DNA of 36,894 nt from Cyclobacteriaceae bacterium (GTDB lineage Bacteria; Bacteroidota; Bacteroidia; Cytophagales; Cyclobacteriaceae): assembly GCA_025363495.1 (NCBI GenBank), contig JANYDR010000218.1:1-36894 (forward strand), written 5' to 3'. The position numbers and the translations under genes are program-made. Positions 1 to 9,168 of the stretch are shown here, one piece after another. How positions within the stretch are numbered: position 1 is the first letter of the stretch; each line of letters starts with the position of its first letter. The notes below the pieces were generated by a model, which was not told the DNA's origin, did no database searches, and was given only the letters and a program-made list of their open reading frames with translations.

Positions 1-948
1 TCCTCCTTTATCCATTTTTTGAAGCAACTCATCATTACTTGTTTCAGCTCCAAAGAAGATCATTTTGCATCCTGCCTCCCGCATCAGCGCAAGTGACTCA
101 TCTTTATATTTGTCGATGGTATCAATGCGACCTTCTCCCCACCAGATAATTTTTTCGGACTTTATAAGATTTGAAAATTCAACAGTTCGTTTTTCACTCA
201 CAAAGAAATTGTTGTCATGAAATTCAACTGCATCGGCGCCGTATGAATCTACCAGATATTTGATGTCTTGATGAATCAATGATGCGGATTTTCCTTTCCA
301 ACGTGCATTGTAAAGTGGCACAACTGCACAGAATGAGCAAGTAAATGGGCAACCCATGCTTGAATGATAGGCAGCAGTCTTTTTTCCTAAAAAAGTTTTT
401 CCAAGATATCGTTGAATAGGATAAAACGTATTAAGGTGCTCATAAGGGAGTTGTGGCAACTTATCCTGTTCAACTATAGCAGCCTGACGGGTCTTAACAA
501 TTTCAGTTCCTTTTTTGAAAACCAGATTTGGAATTGATTCAACCGGGGTATTATTATCAAGTGCTTCGAGCAAGTGAGGAAACGCTTCGTCACCCTGACC
601 ATACACAACGTAGTCGATATAAGCCGAATTGATGACAGAAGTATATTGATTAGAAGCGAAATACCCTCCCCAGATGGTGATAACATCTGGAAATAGCTCG
701 CGTACTTGTTTTGTGAAAGGAATCGCCTGCTTAAGCTGAGGGCCAGGCATGACAGTACATCCAAAGAACTTGAATTCGCCCGTTGCCAGGTAATTTTTGA
801 TTGTTGTCCAGGGATCTTTTTCAAGATTGCCATCTACAAGTACATAGTCATGTTTCCCATGGATAGAAGCGCCCACCTGGAGAATAGAATTGGGTATTCT
901 ATGCTTCGAGCGCGCGCTTCTGGGATTGAAAAGAATGACTTTGCTCAC
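1..948 (-). CDS. Cobalamin-binding domain radical SAM protein (3' truncated by window edge)
   Basis: Translated by hand; not in the ORF track. GTG at 948, in-frame upstream stop at 973-975, open to base 1. Reads MSKVILFNPRSARSKHRIPNSILQVGAS...IWGGYFAS...DYVVYGQGDEAF...SSMGCPFTCSFC (CxxxCxxC, ~328-351)...EFHDNNFF...GCKMIFFGAETSNDELLQKMDKGG. Confidence 0.9.
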   Translation of the reverse strand, partial: MSKVILFNPRSARSKHRIPNSILQVGASIHGKHDYVLVDGNLEKDPWTTIKNYLATGEFKFFGCTVMPGPQLKQAIPFTKQVRELFPDVITIWGGYFASNQYTSVINSAYIDYVVYGQGDEAFPHLLEALDNNTPVESIPNLVFKKGTEIVKTRQAAIVEQDKLPQLPYEHLNTFYPIQRYLGKTFLGKKTAAYHSSMGCPFTCSFCAVVPLYNARWKGKSASLIHQDIKYLVDSYGADAVEFHDNNFFVSEKRTVEFSNLIKSEKIIWWGEGRIDTIDKYKDESLALMREAGCKMIFFGAETSNDELLQKMDKGG

Positions 949-1005
949 AAGAATAAATATACAATGTAAAAATCAAAGTAAGATTGAGACATTGATCACA
1001 AAAGG

Positions 1006-1989
1006 ATGTTACTTTTATTCAAAATAGAAACAGTCATCAAAAAACTTCTAAAAAATTTTTTTACCGGATTGACTCTTTCACAAGAGTACATTTGTCTTGA
1101 CAAAACTCTTTTTAAAGATCCTCTTTCTGTTAGCTTCATTACTGATGATAATTCTTTCGAAGTTACAACGACGCATTTATTTTTAGGATATAAGCCATTG
1201 ATTATTGGTATTGTTTTGGAAAGGTTAAGTGAGGAGGCTGCACTATTGTCAAATCGATTGTATGGTCGTCTTAACTTCCAATACGGAGAAAGTGACTCAA
1301 CCGTTGGTTCAATAAGCATGAAGAAGATAAATAAGATTGCGTTGGGGGAATCGGATGTCTATTTGTTTGAGGGTATTGAAGGGAATCATCATTTCCTTAA
1401 CAGATTTTATAAATCAATAAACAATTTGCGACAACGAGTTTTGTTCCGTAAATCAGGTAATATTGATCTTCCCGGAAACTTATACGACCAGATAAGAATT
1501 GCCTATTCAACTCCCAGAGTAATTTCACTTGTAACGGTCAGTGATGGAACAAAGATTAATTTATTTCCTACAGATCTTCACGGACCAGTTGGAAAGAAAT
1601 TTTATATGAGCTCGCTTCGCATTAGTGGAAGAGCTAATGATCAGGTAGAGAAATATAGGAACATTGTGATATCTGAAGTTCACGCAATCAGGTTTAAACA
1701 GACATACTTGTTAGGAAAAAATCACATGAAAGAATTGGGTGATGCCAGGGAATTTGAGTTGTACCCGCAAAAATCGGTTTCTTTCGGATTTCCATTACCA
1801 TTGGGCGTTAGTAGATATAGAGAGTTGAAGCAAATCCAATCATGGGACCATGGCATCCATCGGATTCATGTGTATGAAGTTATTAATGAAGAAGTGATTG
1901 GGCAAGGTTCGACTCTGGCACATATTCATCAGTATTATGCGCAATGGAGAATTGATCAGAATCTAACTGATCACTTCCTGATTCGTTGA
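1006..1989 (+). CDS. Hypothetical protein with probable flavin reductase-like (split-barrel) domain(s)
   Basis: 327-aa ORF. The C-terminal half (PRVISLVTVSDGTKINLFP...WDHGIHRIHVYEV) resembles the DIM6/NtaB flavin reductase pattern. 3' end overlaps the convergent GT4 gene by 27 bp. Exact start uncertain. Confidence 0.55.
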   Translation: MLLLFKIETVIKKLLKNFFTGLTLSQEYICLDKTLFKDPLSVSFITDDNSFEVTTTHLFLGYKPLIIGIVLERLSEEAALLSNRLYGRLNFQYGESDSTVGSISMKKINKIALGESDVYLFEGIEGNHHFLNRFYKSINNLRQRVLFRKSGNIDLPGNLYDQIRIAYSTPRVISLVTVSDGTKINLFPTDLHGPVGKKFYMSSLRISGRANDQVEKYRNIVISEVHAIRFKQTYLLGKNHMKELGDAREFELYPQKSVSFGFPLPLGVSRYRELKQIQSWDHGIHRIHVYEVINEEVIGQGSTLAHIHQYYAQWRIDQNLTDHFLIR

Positions 1990-3099
1990 GCTATTTGTTG
2001 CATCATTTAGCATTTGCCTATAATCCTCCGCCAGGGAATTCCAGCTAAACCGGTCAATGGTGTATTTTTTTCTTACCTCAATTGCATTCGAATCATCGAT
2101 CTGGGGAATAATTGTTTCGATTAATTGGGTAAGGTTGCCCTTTAGAGAGAGGTCAGAATAGAACGCCATTTCGTCTAATACGTATTTTGCTGCAGCATAA
2201 GGATGAACAATTACCGGCAAACCATGAGACATCGCCTCAATTGTCACAAGACCAAATCCTTCATTAAGAGATGCCAGAACGAAGATGTCAGAAGCCCGAT
2301 AATATTCACTTAATTTATTTCGCTCGACTTTATCAATGTAGAAATTGTCTTTCCCAAATTTCTGCTCCGCGAGTTTTATTATTTCTGAGGACTCATTTTC
2401 ATATTCTCCCAGTATGATCAAAAAGTACGGCCGTGAAAGATTACCTACCTCATCTATTAGATAATCCATCCTCTTTATTGATGAATCGATGGCACCTACT
2501 GATAAAATAATCAATCGGTTATCCGGAATATTTAATTTTATTCTAAGATCACGCTTGCTTAGGGATTCGGTCATTTCTATAGAATTAATAAAATGAGGAA
2601 TGACCTTCATCTGGTTTTCTGCGACTCCGCGTTGCTTTGCCAGGGGGATAAGTACAGGAGTTACCAACTGGAGGAAGTCATCACTTTGCATTTTTATCGG
2701 GACAGTATTTCCGCCGGTATAGAATGTCATTTTAAAATTCATTCCGGAGAAATTTCTCCATCGATACAAATAATTGAAGAGAGCGGGCTCCCCCAGATAC
2801 AAAGCATTCGGTTTGAATCGATATAACACCGGGATTAGTCCAAGAAAAAAACTTAGTTGCTGGATGATATAAGGATTTCTGTTGAATAAAATTCCAATGA
2901 ATTTTGATAGTCTTGATTTTCTTGAAAGGCTGGGTACAAGAATTTCATGATTGCCAGTAAGGCCAGCGCCTTTAACGATGAAGGATTCATAATTTGCCTC
3001 ACTTTTTACTTTCTCGAAAAGATCACGAATGTGGCTCTCAAAGCCACGAAGATCTCTCCCTACCCCAGTACCAATAAGAAAAATTCGTGAAGATTTCAT
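1963..3099 (-). CDS. Glycosyltransferase family 4 (GT-B)
   Basis: ILSVGAIDSSIKRMDYLI and YRASDIFVLASLNEGFGLVTIEAMSHGLPVI (EX7E motif). Confidence 0.93.
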   Translation of the reverse strand: MKSSRIFLIGTGVGRDLRGFESHIRDLFEKVKSEANYESFIVKGAGLTGNHEILVPSLSRKSRLSKFIGILFNRNPYIIQQLSFFLGLIPVLYRFKPNALYLGEPALFNYLYRWRNFSGMNFKMTFYTGGNTVPIKMQSDDFLQLVTPVLIPLAKQRGVAENQMKVIPHFINSIEMTESLSKRDLRIKLNIPDNRLIILSVGAIDSSIKRMDYLIDEVGNLSRPYFLIILGEYENESSEIIKLAEQKFGKDNFYIDKVERNKLSEYYRASDIFVLASLNEGFGLVTIEAMSHGLPVIVHPYAAAKYVLDEMAFYSDLSLKGNLTQLIETIIPQIDDSNAIEVRKKYTIDRFSWNSLAEDYRQMLNDATNSSTNQEVIS

Positions 3100-3836
3100 T
3101 TCCAGAAAAATTCAATTATTGAGTGAGGCGATTTGCGGATCAGGCTACTGTTCCTAAACCCCGCAGACCTAAGAATTTTTATACAAGAATTGTATTCACA
3201 ATACTCTGTATGGAATTCAAAAACAGCAGAGTTGGTAATTTCTAATAGTGTAGAGTAGTTTTTCAAAAAGTCCAGTTCAGCGCCTTCAATGTCACACTTT
3301 AGCAAATCTATCTCATTCCACGATGAGATGACATTGGATATGTTGATAAAAGGAATGGTTTTGGATTTGCCATTTTTTCTGAAGACAGAATTCAATCCGT
3401 GATCTTTAAACTGATAAAGGATCCCTTGTCCCTCTAACCGGCCGATCAGTCCTCGGTGAATATTGATCTCAAATACTTCTTTCGAGAAATTTGATTTTTG
3501 AAACCGTCTAATAGACTCGTTGCACAAATCGCGACTTGCTTCGATTCCACAAATCAAAAAATTGTTTTGATTTGAACGACCTGTGGCAAGGTGAATTAAT
3601 CGCTGAATGAAAAAACCGACGTTTGATCCCAGGTCTAATACCTTAATGGGTCGTTCTCGTTGTGCAGACAATAAATGAAGAATGGGCTCATCATAATCTC
3701 CATCGATAAAAATATCATTGTAGATCCTCCATTCCATGGCACTCTTAATGACAATGTGTAAGCCGGTATTCGTGTCATATGACACGTTTGCCAACCGAAT
3801 AGCATGGTGCCGGAGAAAATGAATCAATCGTTTCAA
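3096..3836 (-). CDS. FkbM family methyltransferase
   Basis: VLDLGSNVGFF SAM-binding motif, IDLLKCDIEGAELDFL, VFEFH. Start moved from 3914 to TTG 3836, which overlaps the upstream TGA (TTGA). Confidence 0.88.
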   Translation of the reverse strand: MKRLIHFLRHHAIRLANVSYDTNTGLHIVIKSAMEWRIYNDIFIDGDYDEPILHLLSAQRERPIKVLDLGSNVGFFIQRLIHLATGRSNQNNFLICGIEASRDLCNESIRRFQKSNFSKEVFEINIHRGLIGRLEGQGILYQFKDHGLNSVFRKNGKSKTIPFINISNVISSWNEIDLLKCDIEGAELDFLKNYSTLLEITNSAVFEFHTEYCEYNSCIKILRSAGFRNSSLIRKSPHSIIEFFWK

Positions 3837-4738
3837 CTGCGCTGAGGGATATTGAGAATAGAAAGAGTGCTTCTGATCCAGGCCTTTGTTTTCAAGGGAT
3901 TGTATCGCAGGCAATTTACAAATGCTTTTTGTGCTAATGCTTTTTGATGTGTGCGCAGGTATAAAATTCCGCTGAGATAATAGTAATGAGCTGTCATTTT
4001 GCGGAAAATATAGTTGCTGATTATGCCGCCTTTAAGAAAATTGCTCAACATGCAAATCATTTCTTTAACAGTTTCCTGACCAAGTGTTGATGACGTGTTT
4101 TCTGCGTGTTTTCTGATCCTTACAAGTGGGGTTGTGATTACGGCTCCTTCATAATGAAAGGCAAGGCGGTGAAAAAAGTCATTATCTGTCCATGGGAATA
4201 GTTCATCTAATGGGCCAGTGATTTCAAGGCAACGTTTATTGAAAAGCATACTTGATGGATAGATAGCAAATTTACTTTGCACGTAAAGATCAAATACATT
4301 TCCTTCAAATGAATGGGTCCACAAATTTTTATAGATTCCATTTTTTAAAATAGAACCATCATTGGTAAACTCAATCACATTGGTAAACGTGAATCCAATC
4401 GTAGGGTAAAAATCTTTCAAAGCGTTGAGCTGAAATTGGATTTTCTCCGGAAGCCAAATATCGTCTGAGTCAATAAAGGCTACAAATTTTCCGCAAGATT
4501 GGTTTATTCCAAAGTTTCTCAGTCGTGAAGCGTGACCCGTATGCTCAAATTTGTAATAACGAATTCGCGTATCTGATATTTGTTTAATGAGTAGTTCGCT
4601 ATTATCATTTGACCCATCATCGACAATGATTAATTCAAGATCAGAAAATGTTTGAGAAAGAACACTGGAAATGGACTCCTGCAGATAGCGCTCCCTGTTG
4701 TAAGTGAGCATAATAACACTTACGGCTGGATCAGTCAT
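3833..4738 (-). CDS. Glycosyltransferase family 2
   Basis: VSVIMLTYNRERYL, IIVDDGSND, AFIDSDDIW (DxD). Confidence 0.93.
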   Translation of the reverse strand: MTDPAVSVIMLTYNRERYLQESISSVLSQTFSDLELIIVDDGSNDNSELLIKQISDTRIRYYKFEHTGHASRLRNFGINQSCGKFVAFIDSDDIWLPEKIQFQLNALKDFYPTIGFTFTNVIEFTNDGSILKNGIYKNLWTHSFEGNVFDLYVQSKFAIYPSSMLFNKRCLEITGPLDELFPWTDNDFFHRLAFHYEGAVITTPLVRIRKHAENTSSTLGQETVKEMICMLSNFLKGGIISNYIFRKMTAHYYYLSGILYLRTHQKALAQKAFVNCLRYNPLKTKAWIRSTLSILNIPQRS

Positions 4739-5930
4739 GATCTTTATTGGATCGGTGTTTTATGCTGTAAGCTATCTGAAACCCCATTAACAAAGCCCAT
4801 TGCATGATTGCGCAAGAAAGAAGTCCACCATTGAAGCCAAAACGATTGATTAGAAAAAGGCTTAATGCAAAATTCAAAGCAGCAGCGATTAAATTAAGGA
4901 TCACGATTGTATAGGGTTTGTCCCTTCTTATGAAATCCTGCATTATTAGAAAATAAATGAAATAAGGTGGGAGAACCAGCCATGCAATGATATAAGTCTG
5001 AGCCGACAGATCAATTCTGTAGATGAATGTAAGCATTAAGTAAATGATGGTCATACAAATGATCGACCACCCTAGTCCAAACAAAATGAATTTTTGCCTG
5101 ATTTTGAGGAATGATGCCGAATTGATCCTGTAAATATTTTTTAGGAAAGGGGTAATTGCAAGCACAGCTGTTGCATGGCAGTACGAGAGCAAACTAAGCA
5201 ACACATAGTATTGACCAAGTTCTTTCTCAGAAAGTTGCAGTGCCACGGCAAACGTATCCGATTTAGCCTGGAGAAACCCAATGAAAGGCGGCAGAAAGTA
5301 AGGAAGACAGGCAAGTAATTGACCTTTGCTAAAAATCCCTTTTAATGATTCAAATAGCTGATTCCGAAAAAGTACGAAATATGAAATTGATTTTATTCCC
5401 GCTGATGCTATCGACAAAATTATTAGCACGGGTAAGGTTATGCCCTGACGGAAAATGAAAATAGTTATTATAATGAAAAGGAACCCAATAACCTCTATTA
5501 TTATTGCAGCGCTAAATTTTCTCTCATAAACAATTACACTTTCGAATGAACGAAGAACATAATTTACGAATATCCAGCCGAGGAATAGTAGCGGATTTGT
5601 CGAGACAGAGTTGAAGATAAAAATCACCGGAATAACCAATAGAAAAATTGCGATACGACTTATTATTGAAGTTTGCCATAAATAAGTAATTCGTTGTTCC
5701 CTGCTGAACTCACGCAACAGAAAATCTTTGCTACCCCAACTGGTTACGAGACTAAACAATGTAACAAGGAGCATTGTCTGGGCAAAACTTCCCCATAATT
5801 CTGTTGAGAACAATCTGACGATGACAATAGAAAAAAGAAAATTGAAAATTGTTCCGGAAAGGCCAAAGACGGTATTATTAAACCCCAATTTAATGCGTTG
5901 TCTAAAGGAGAAATTAAACGAGAGATTCAT
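4731..5930 (-). CDS. Wzx/MOP-type oligosaccharide flippase
   Basis: Highly hydrophobic multi-pass protein with the MOP repeat pattern (IVRLFSTELWGSF; KSDTFAV...LSEKELGQY; NFALSLFLINRFGFNGGLLS); glycan-cluster context. Confidence 0.8.
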   Translation of the reverse strand: MNLSFNFSFRQRIKLGFNNTVFGLSGTIFNFLFSIVIVRLFSTELWGSFAQTMLLVTLFSLVTSWGSKDFLLREFSREQRITYLWQTSIISRIAIFLLVIPVIFIFNSVSTNPLLFLGWIFVNYVLRSFESVIVYERKFSAAIIIEVIGFLFIIITIFIFRQGITLPVLIILSIASAGIKSISYFVLFRNQLFESLKGIFSKGQLLACLPYFLPPFIGFLQAKSDTFAVALQLSEKELGQYYVLLSLLSYCHATAVLAITPFLKNIYRINSASFLKIRQKFILFGLGWSIICMTIIYLMLTFIYRIDLSAQTYIIAWLVLPPYFIYFLIMQDFIRRDKPYTIVILNLIAAALNFALSLFLINRFGFNGGLLSCAIMQWALLMGFQIAYSIKHRSNKDHD

Positions 5931-7182
5931 TCTTTTTATTTAAGCCATACAGCACGGTGATGTACAACGCACAGATCAACCACAGACGTGGATATCCAAA
6001 ATACAATCCCCACGATTTCCCTAGCTGGAAGAATATGCCGTAAGGGATAAATCCTATCATCGCGTAGATAATAATGCTAATCGTTACCAGATTTCTATTC
6101 ATCAGCTGATTCCCAATGATTAACGCCAATGGAATTAGCAACAATGCAAAGTGGTATGTGGCAGTGGCAGGAAGTAAAACAAAAGCCGACAATGACAGAA
6201 CTGTTAAATAAACAGCTATTCTTTTATTCTTGTCTCTATAGTTGTAGAGCACAATCGCAGAGCATCCAATCACAATTAGCGAAACAATTATTTTCATAAT
6301 CGTTTTTCCATTGGGCCAATCGATTAATGGGGACGGATTAAACTCATTACTCTTAATAAACAAATTTCGGAATAAGTTGTCCCAGGATTGAAAATGAAAG
6401 GTATAAAGACCCTGACCAGTAAGTTGTCCATCCAGGTGAGGGATAAGCACAGAGGAAATAAATTCATTCATTACTACGGTACCGAAGAATAAAAATTCAG
6501 CACACACGATGAACAGGATTGTCATCAGGGATGAAAAGAACACCTTCATGTCTGAAGAAAATGGAGATTTCAGGATACCTGAGTTAAATCTTTTTTCACG
6601 AAATTCATTAAGGAAATAACCGGCAATAAAAACGATGGGTAAGTATTTTAATGAGGCGGAAACTCCGAGGAGACATCCGGCAATTACGGAATACTTGTAT
6701 CTGACGAGCAAAAAAGATAGCAAAATAAAAACGGTCATTATAAGGTACGCCTGACCAAACGCTATGTTGTTGACCACACTAAGTCCGCCACCTAATATGA
6801 GCATAGCAGAATGACGGAAATTCAGGTACGTAATCTCTTTCAAAAGCCAAGCCCCGATGAGGATAAAAGTCAAATTTATAAATAGAAAAATGCGCTGCGC
6901 TGTTATTGGTTCAAAATGAGCAAGCGGTATCATCATCCAGGCTGTAACCGGCGGAAATGGAGCAAACTTTCCATTGGTTGTTAAACCGTGTTCCCTGATT
7001 TTTTCTCTAAACCAATCATTATCGTAAATCTTATCCAACGAACCTTCTTCTATAACGAGGTTTGCTGCTACATAATAATTTGCAAAGTCACTGTGAACTT
7101 CTTTCCAGGCCGGCAGAACTCCCCAGGTAAGGAGGAAGAATGCAAGGGCCATTAACAAAAGATATTCAACGACGCTTCTCAA
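5914..7182 (-). CDS. GT87-like (DUF2029) polytopic GT-C glycosyltransferase
   Basis: SDFANYYVAA after the first TM helix, FAPFPP, NNIAFGQ, SLKYLP motifs and many TM segments. TTG start overlaps the GT9 stop. Confidence 0.78.
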   Translation of the reverse strand: MRSVVEYLLLMALAFFLLTWGVLPAWKEVHSDFANYYVAANLVIEEGSLDKIYDNDWFREKIREHGLTTNGKFAPFPPVTAWMMIPLAHFEPITAQRIFLFINLTFILIGAWLLKEITYLNFRHSAMLILGGGLSVVNNIAFGQAYLIMTVFILLSFLLVRYKYSVIAGCLLGVSASLKYLPIVFIAGYFLNEFREKRFNSGILKSPFSSDMKVFFSSLMTILFIVCAEFLFFGTVVMNEFISSVLIPHLDGQLTGQGLYTFHFQSWDNLFRNLFIKSNEFNPSPLIDWPNGKTIMKIIVSLIVIGCSAIVLYNYRDKNKRIAVYLTVLSLSAFVLLPATATYHFALLLIPLALIIGNQLMNRNLVTISIIIYAMIGFIPYGIFFQLGKSWGLYFGYPRLWLICALYITVLYGLNKKNESLV

Positions 7183-8360
7183 ATCATTGTAGGTTGGAGG
7201 TGCGAGCTTGGATTAGAGACTATCGTTATGGGAATGTGAATACTGCGGGAAATGATGTGGGAAGAAAGTAGATGAATCGCTTTTTTTGTTATTAGCGAAG
7301 CTCGCATATTTTTTAAGCAATCAATATTGCCTTTGCAAGCACGCGCCGGATGAGATGATGGATGCCTAAAACAGGGAGAACAGGATAGTCTCAGTGAAAT
7401 ATGATGAAGATGACCTTCGTCGGTATAGCCAAAATGTTCTGGTTGTGTTGGTCCCCAGATCGCAATCGTGGCTATTCCCATGTAGGCAGCCAAATGCAAA
7501 GGACCAGAATCTCCGGTTATAAAAAGAGCGCAATCTGAAAGCTCATTCCACAATTTTTCAATGCTCCATTTTCCTGAAACATTGTGAACCGGAAGTCCAG
7601 GGAGTTTTTCTATCAATTGGTTTACGTACTCACTTTCCTCCAAAGTTCCGGTCAGATAAAATTCAAGATGCGGATCCCAGGCGTGAAGCGATTTAATGAT
7701 ATCCCTGAAAGAATCAATGGGATAACGTCTGGCCAGAAGATAATTGCTTGCATTTATGTTAATCAGGACTTTTGTGGAATGAATATCAATTGTTTTTTCA
7801 AAGGATTCGTTTGATACGGTTGGCATCAATTCAATGCCCTTCATGAATAATTCTTCCTGATTCATTTTTTCCACAGAATAAATGACCTGTTTTCCGAAGG
7901 TCATTGCTCTTTGTGATTCGAATGAAACTGAACTGCCTCCGGCCAACATGGTCAGTATTGTCCGATAAAATCCAACCGAGTGCGAACAACGTTCAAAATC
8001 GATAATTAAGCCTGGCTTGCTTAACCGGATAGAAGCAAGAATTTTTAAACAGTCTTTTGAGAATAAGAATATATTTTTCGTACGAATCAATAAAGTGTTT
8101 CTAAATCCTATTCGCTGGCAAAGATCATTATTAGAAGATAGTGTAAGAAGGGTGATCCTGCTTTTATCGACCTGGTTCTTCTCACAAAGTGAAGCGAGCC
8201 TGATAATACTGCCAAGTCCCATAAATTTTATTACCAGAATTTGATGTCCGGTTTTTGAATCAGTTCGGCTGCTTCGAAGTAGGAACTCAGCAAGCTGATG
8301 AGGCAGCCAAAAGAGCCGGTCGATGGTCAACAATGTTTTACCGGATATTCTCATGACCAT
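7179..8360 (-). CDS. Glycosyltransferase family 9 (heptosyltransferase-like)
   Basis: ILVIKFMGLGSII, LFITGDSGPLHLAAYMGIATIAIWGPT, C-terminal CSPC. Start may be ATG 8354. Confidence 0.9.
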   Translation of the reverse strand: MVMRISGKTLLTIDRLFWLPHQLAEFLLRSSRTDSKTGHQILVIKFMGLGSIIRLASLCEKNQVDKSRITLLTLSSNNDLCQRIGFRNTLLIRTKNIFLFSKDCLKILASIRLSKPGLIIDFERCSHSVGFYRTILTMLAGGSSVSFESQRAMTFGKQVIYSVEKMNQEELFMKGIELMPTVSNESFEKTIDIHSTKVLININASNYLLARRYPIDSFRDIIKSLHAWDPHLEFYLTGTLEESEYVNQLIEKLPGLPVHNVSGKWSIEKLWNELSDCALFITGDSGPLHLAAYMGIATIAIWGPTQPEHFGYTDEGHLHHISLRLSCSPCFRHPSSHPARACKGNIDCLKNMRASLITKKAIHLLSSHIISRSIHIPITIVSNPSSHLQPTMI

Positions 8361-9168
8361 TAAATTGGAATGTTACAATAATATGGTCGGCCCAACGATT
8401 AAATGGAAAATGATCTTTTAAAACATGATCTAACTTCTTCAAAAAAGAATATGCCTTTGAATATTTTTTTATAAAATTCAAACTGGCTGGCGGTGGAGAC
8501 AATGCCCCAATGCCTTCCGATTTTAGAAATATAAAGTTTTCTGAAAAATCTCTTTTAATTTTTGAAAGAGAATGATAATAGGTTTTGAAAAGCTCACCTT
8601 CTAAATGAGCAAGTTGTCCTTTTTTAAATCTTCGGAAAGCGGTTTTTTTTCCTTTAAAGATCCACATCAGCTCCCACAAACTGACCGGAGGCATAATCAC
8701 CCAGGTGACATAAGCATCCTTATTTAAGAGATCTGGCAATTGCTTTGTAATGCGCGAAAGATCTTCGAAGCAATTCAGTCCTCCAAAATTTGAAAAAACG
8801 TAATCAAGCTTTTTTCCTTTTAATAATCCAAGAGATTCAAACGAGCATTGTTTTGATTGTAATCTATCCTCTAATCCGAAATGCTCAATCTTTTCGTTTA
8901 TTTTTTGGATCATGCCTGGTGCATTGTCTGTTGCGAGAACAATATGTCCTTGACCTACAAGATGAAGTGCATCAATCCCAGTACCTGCGTTTAGCTCAAG
9001 AATGTTACTATTGGGTTTTATAAACAGATTAATGTGCTCATATACCCGCTTTCGCCAGTCAATTAAAATTGGATTCGAAAAATCATCCTGATCATAATGC
9101 TCCGCCTGTTTACTGAATGCCCGCTGAACAGTGGCATTCTCTTCCAGGGAAGTTATCTGATCAGGCAT
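8338..9168 (-). CDS. Class I SAM-dependent methyltransferase
   Basis: AFSKQAEHYD, ILELNAGTGIDA motif I, ATDNAPGMI, DYVFSNFGGLNC. Confidence 0.9.
   Translation of the reverse strand: MPDQITSLEENATVQRAFSKQAEHYDQDDFSNPILIDWRKRVYEHINLFIKPNSNILELNAGTGIDALHLVGQGHIVLATDNAPGMIQKINEKIEHFGLEDRLQSKQCSFESLGLLKGKKLDYVFSNFGGLNCFEDLSRITKQLPDLLNKDAYVTWVIMPPVSLWELMWIFKGKKTAFRRFKKGQLAHLEGELFKTYYHSLSKIKRDFSENFIFLKSEGIGALSPPPASLNFIKKYSKAYSFLKKLDHVLKDHFPFNRWADHIIVTFQFNGHENIR

Noticed and set aside
474-1319. Track ORFs 474-833, 706-969 and 996-1319
   Set aside because: Off-frame or antisense shadows of the rSAM gene (1-948) and the 1006-1989 gene; no motifs.
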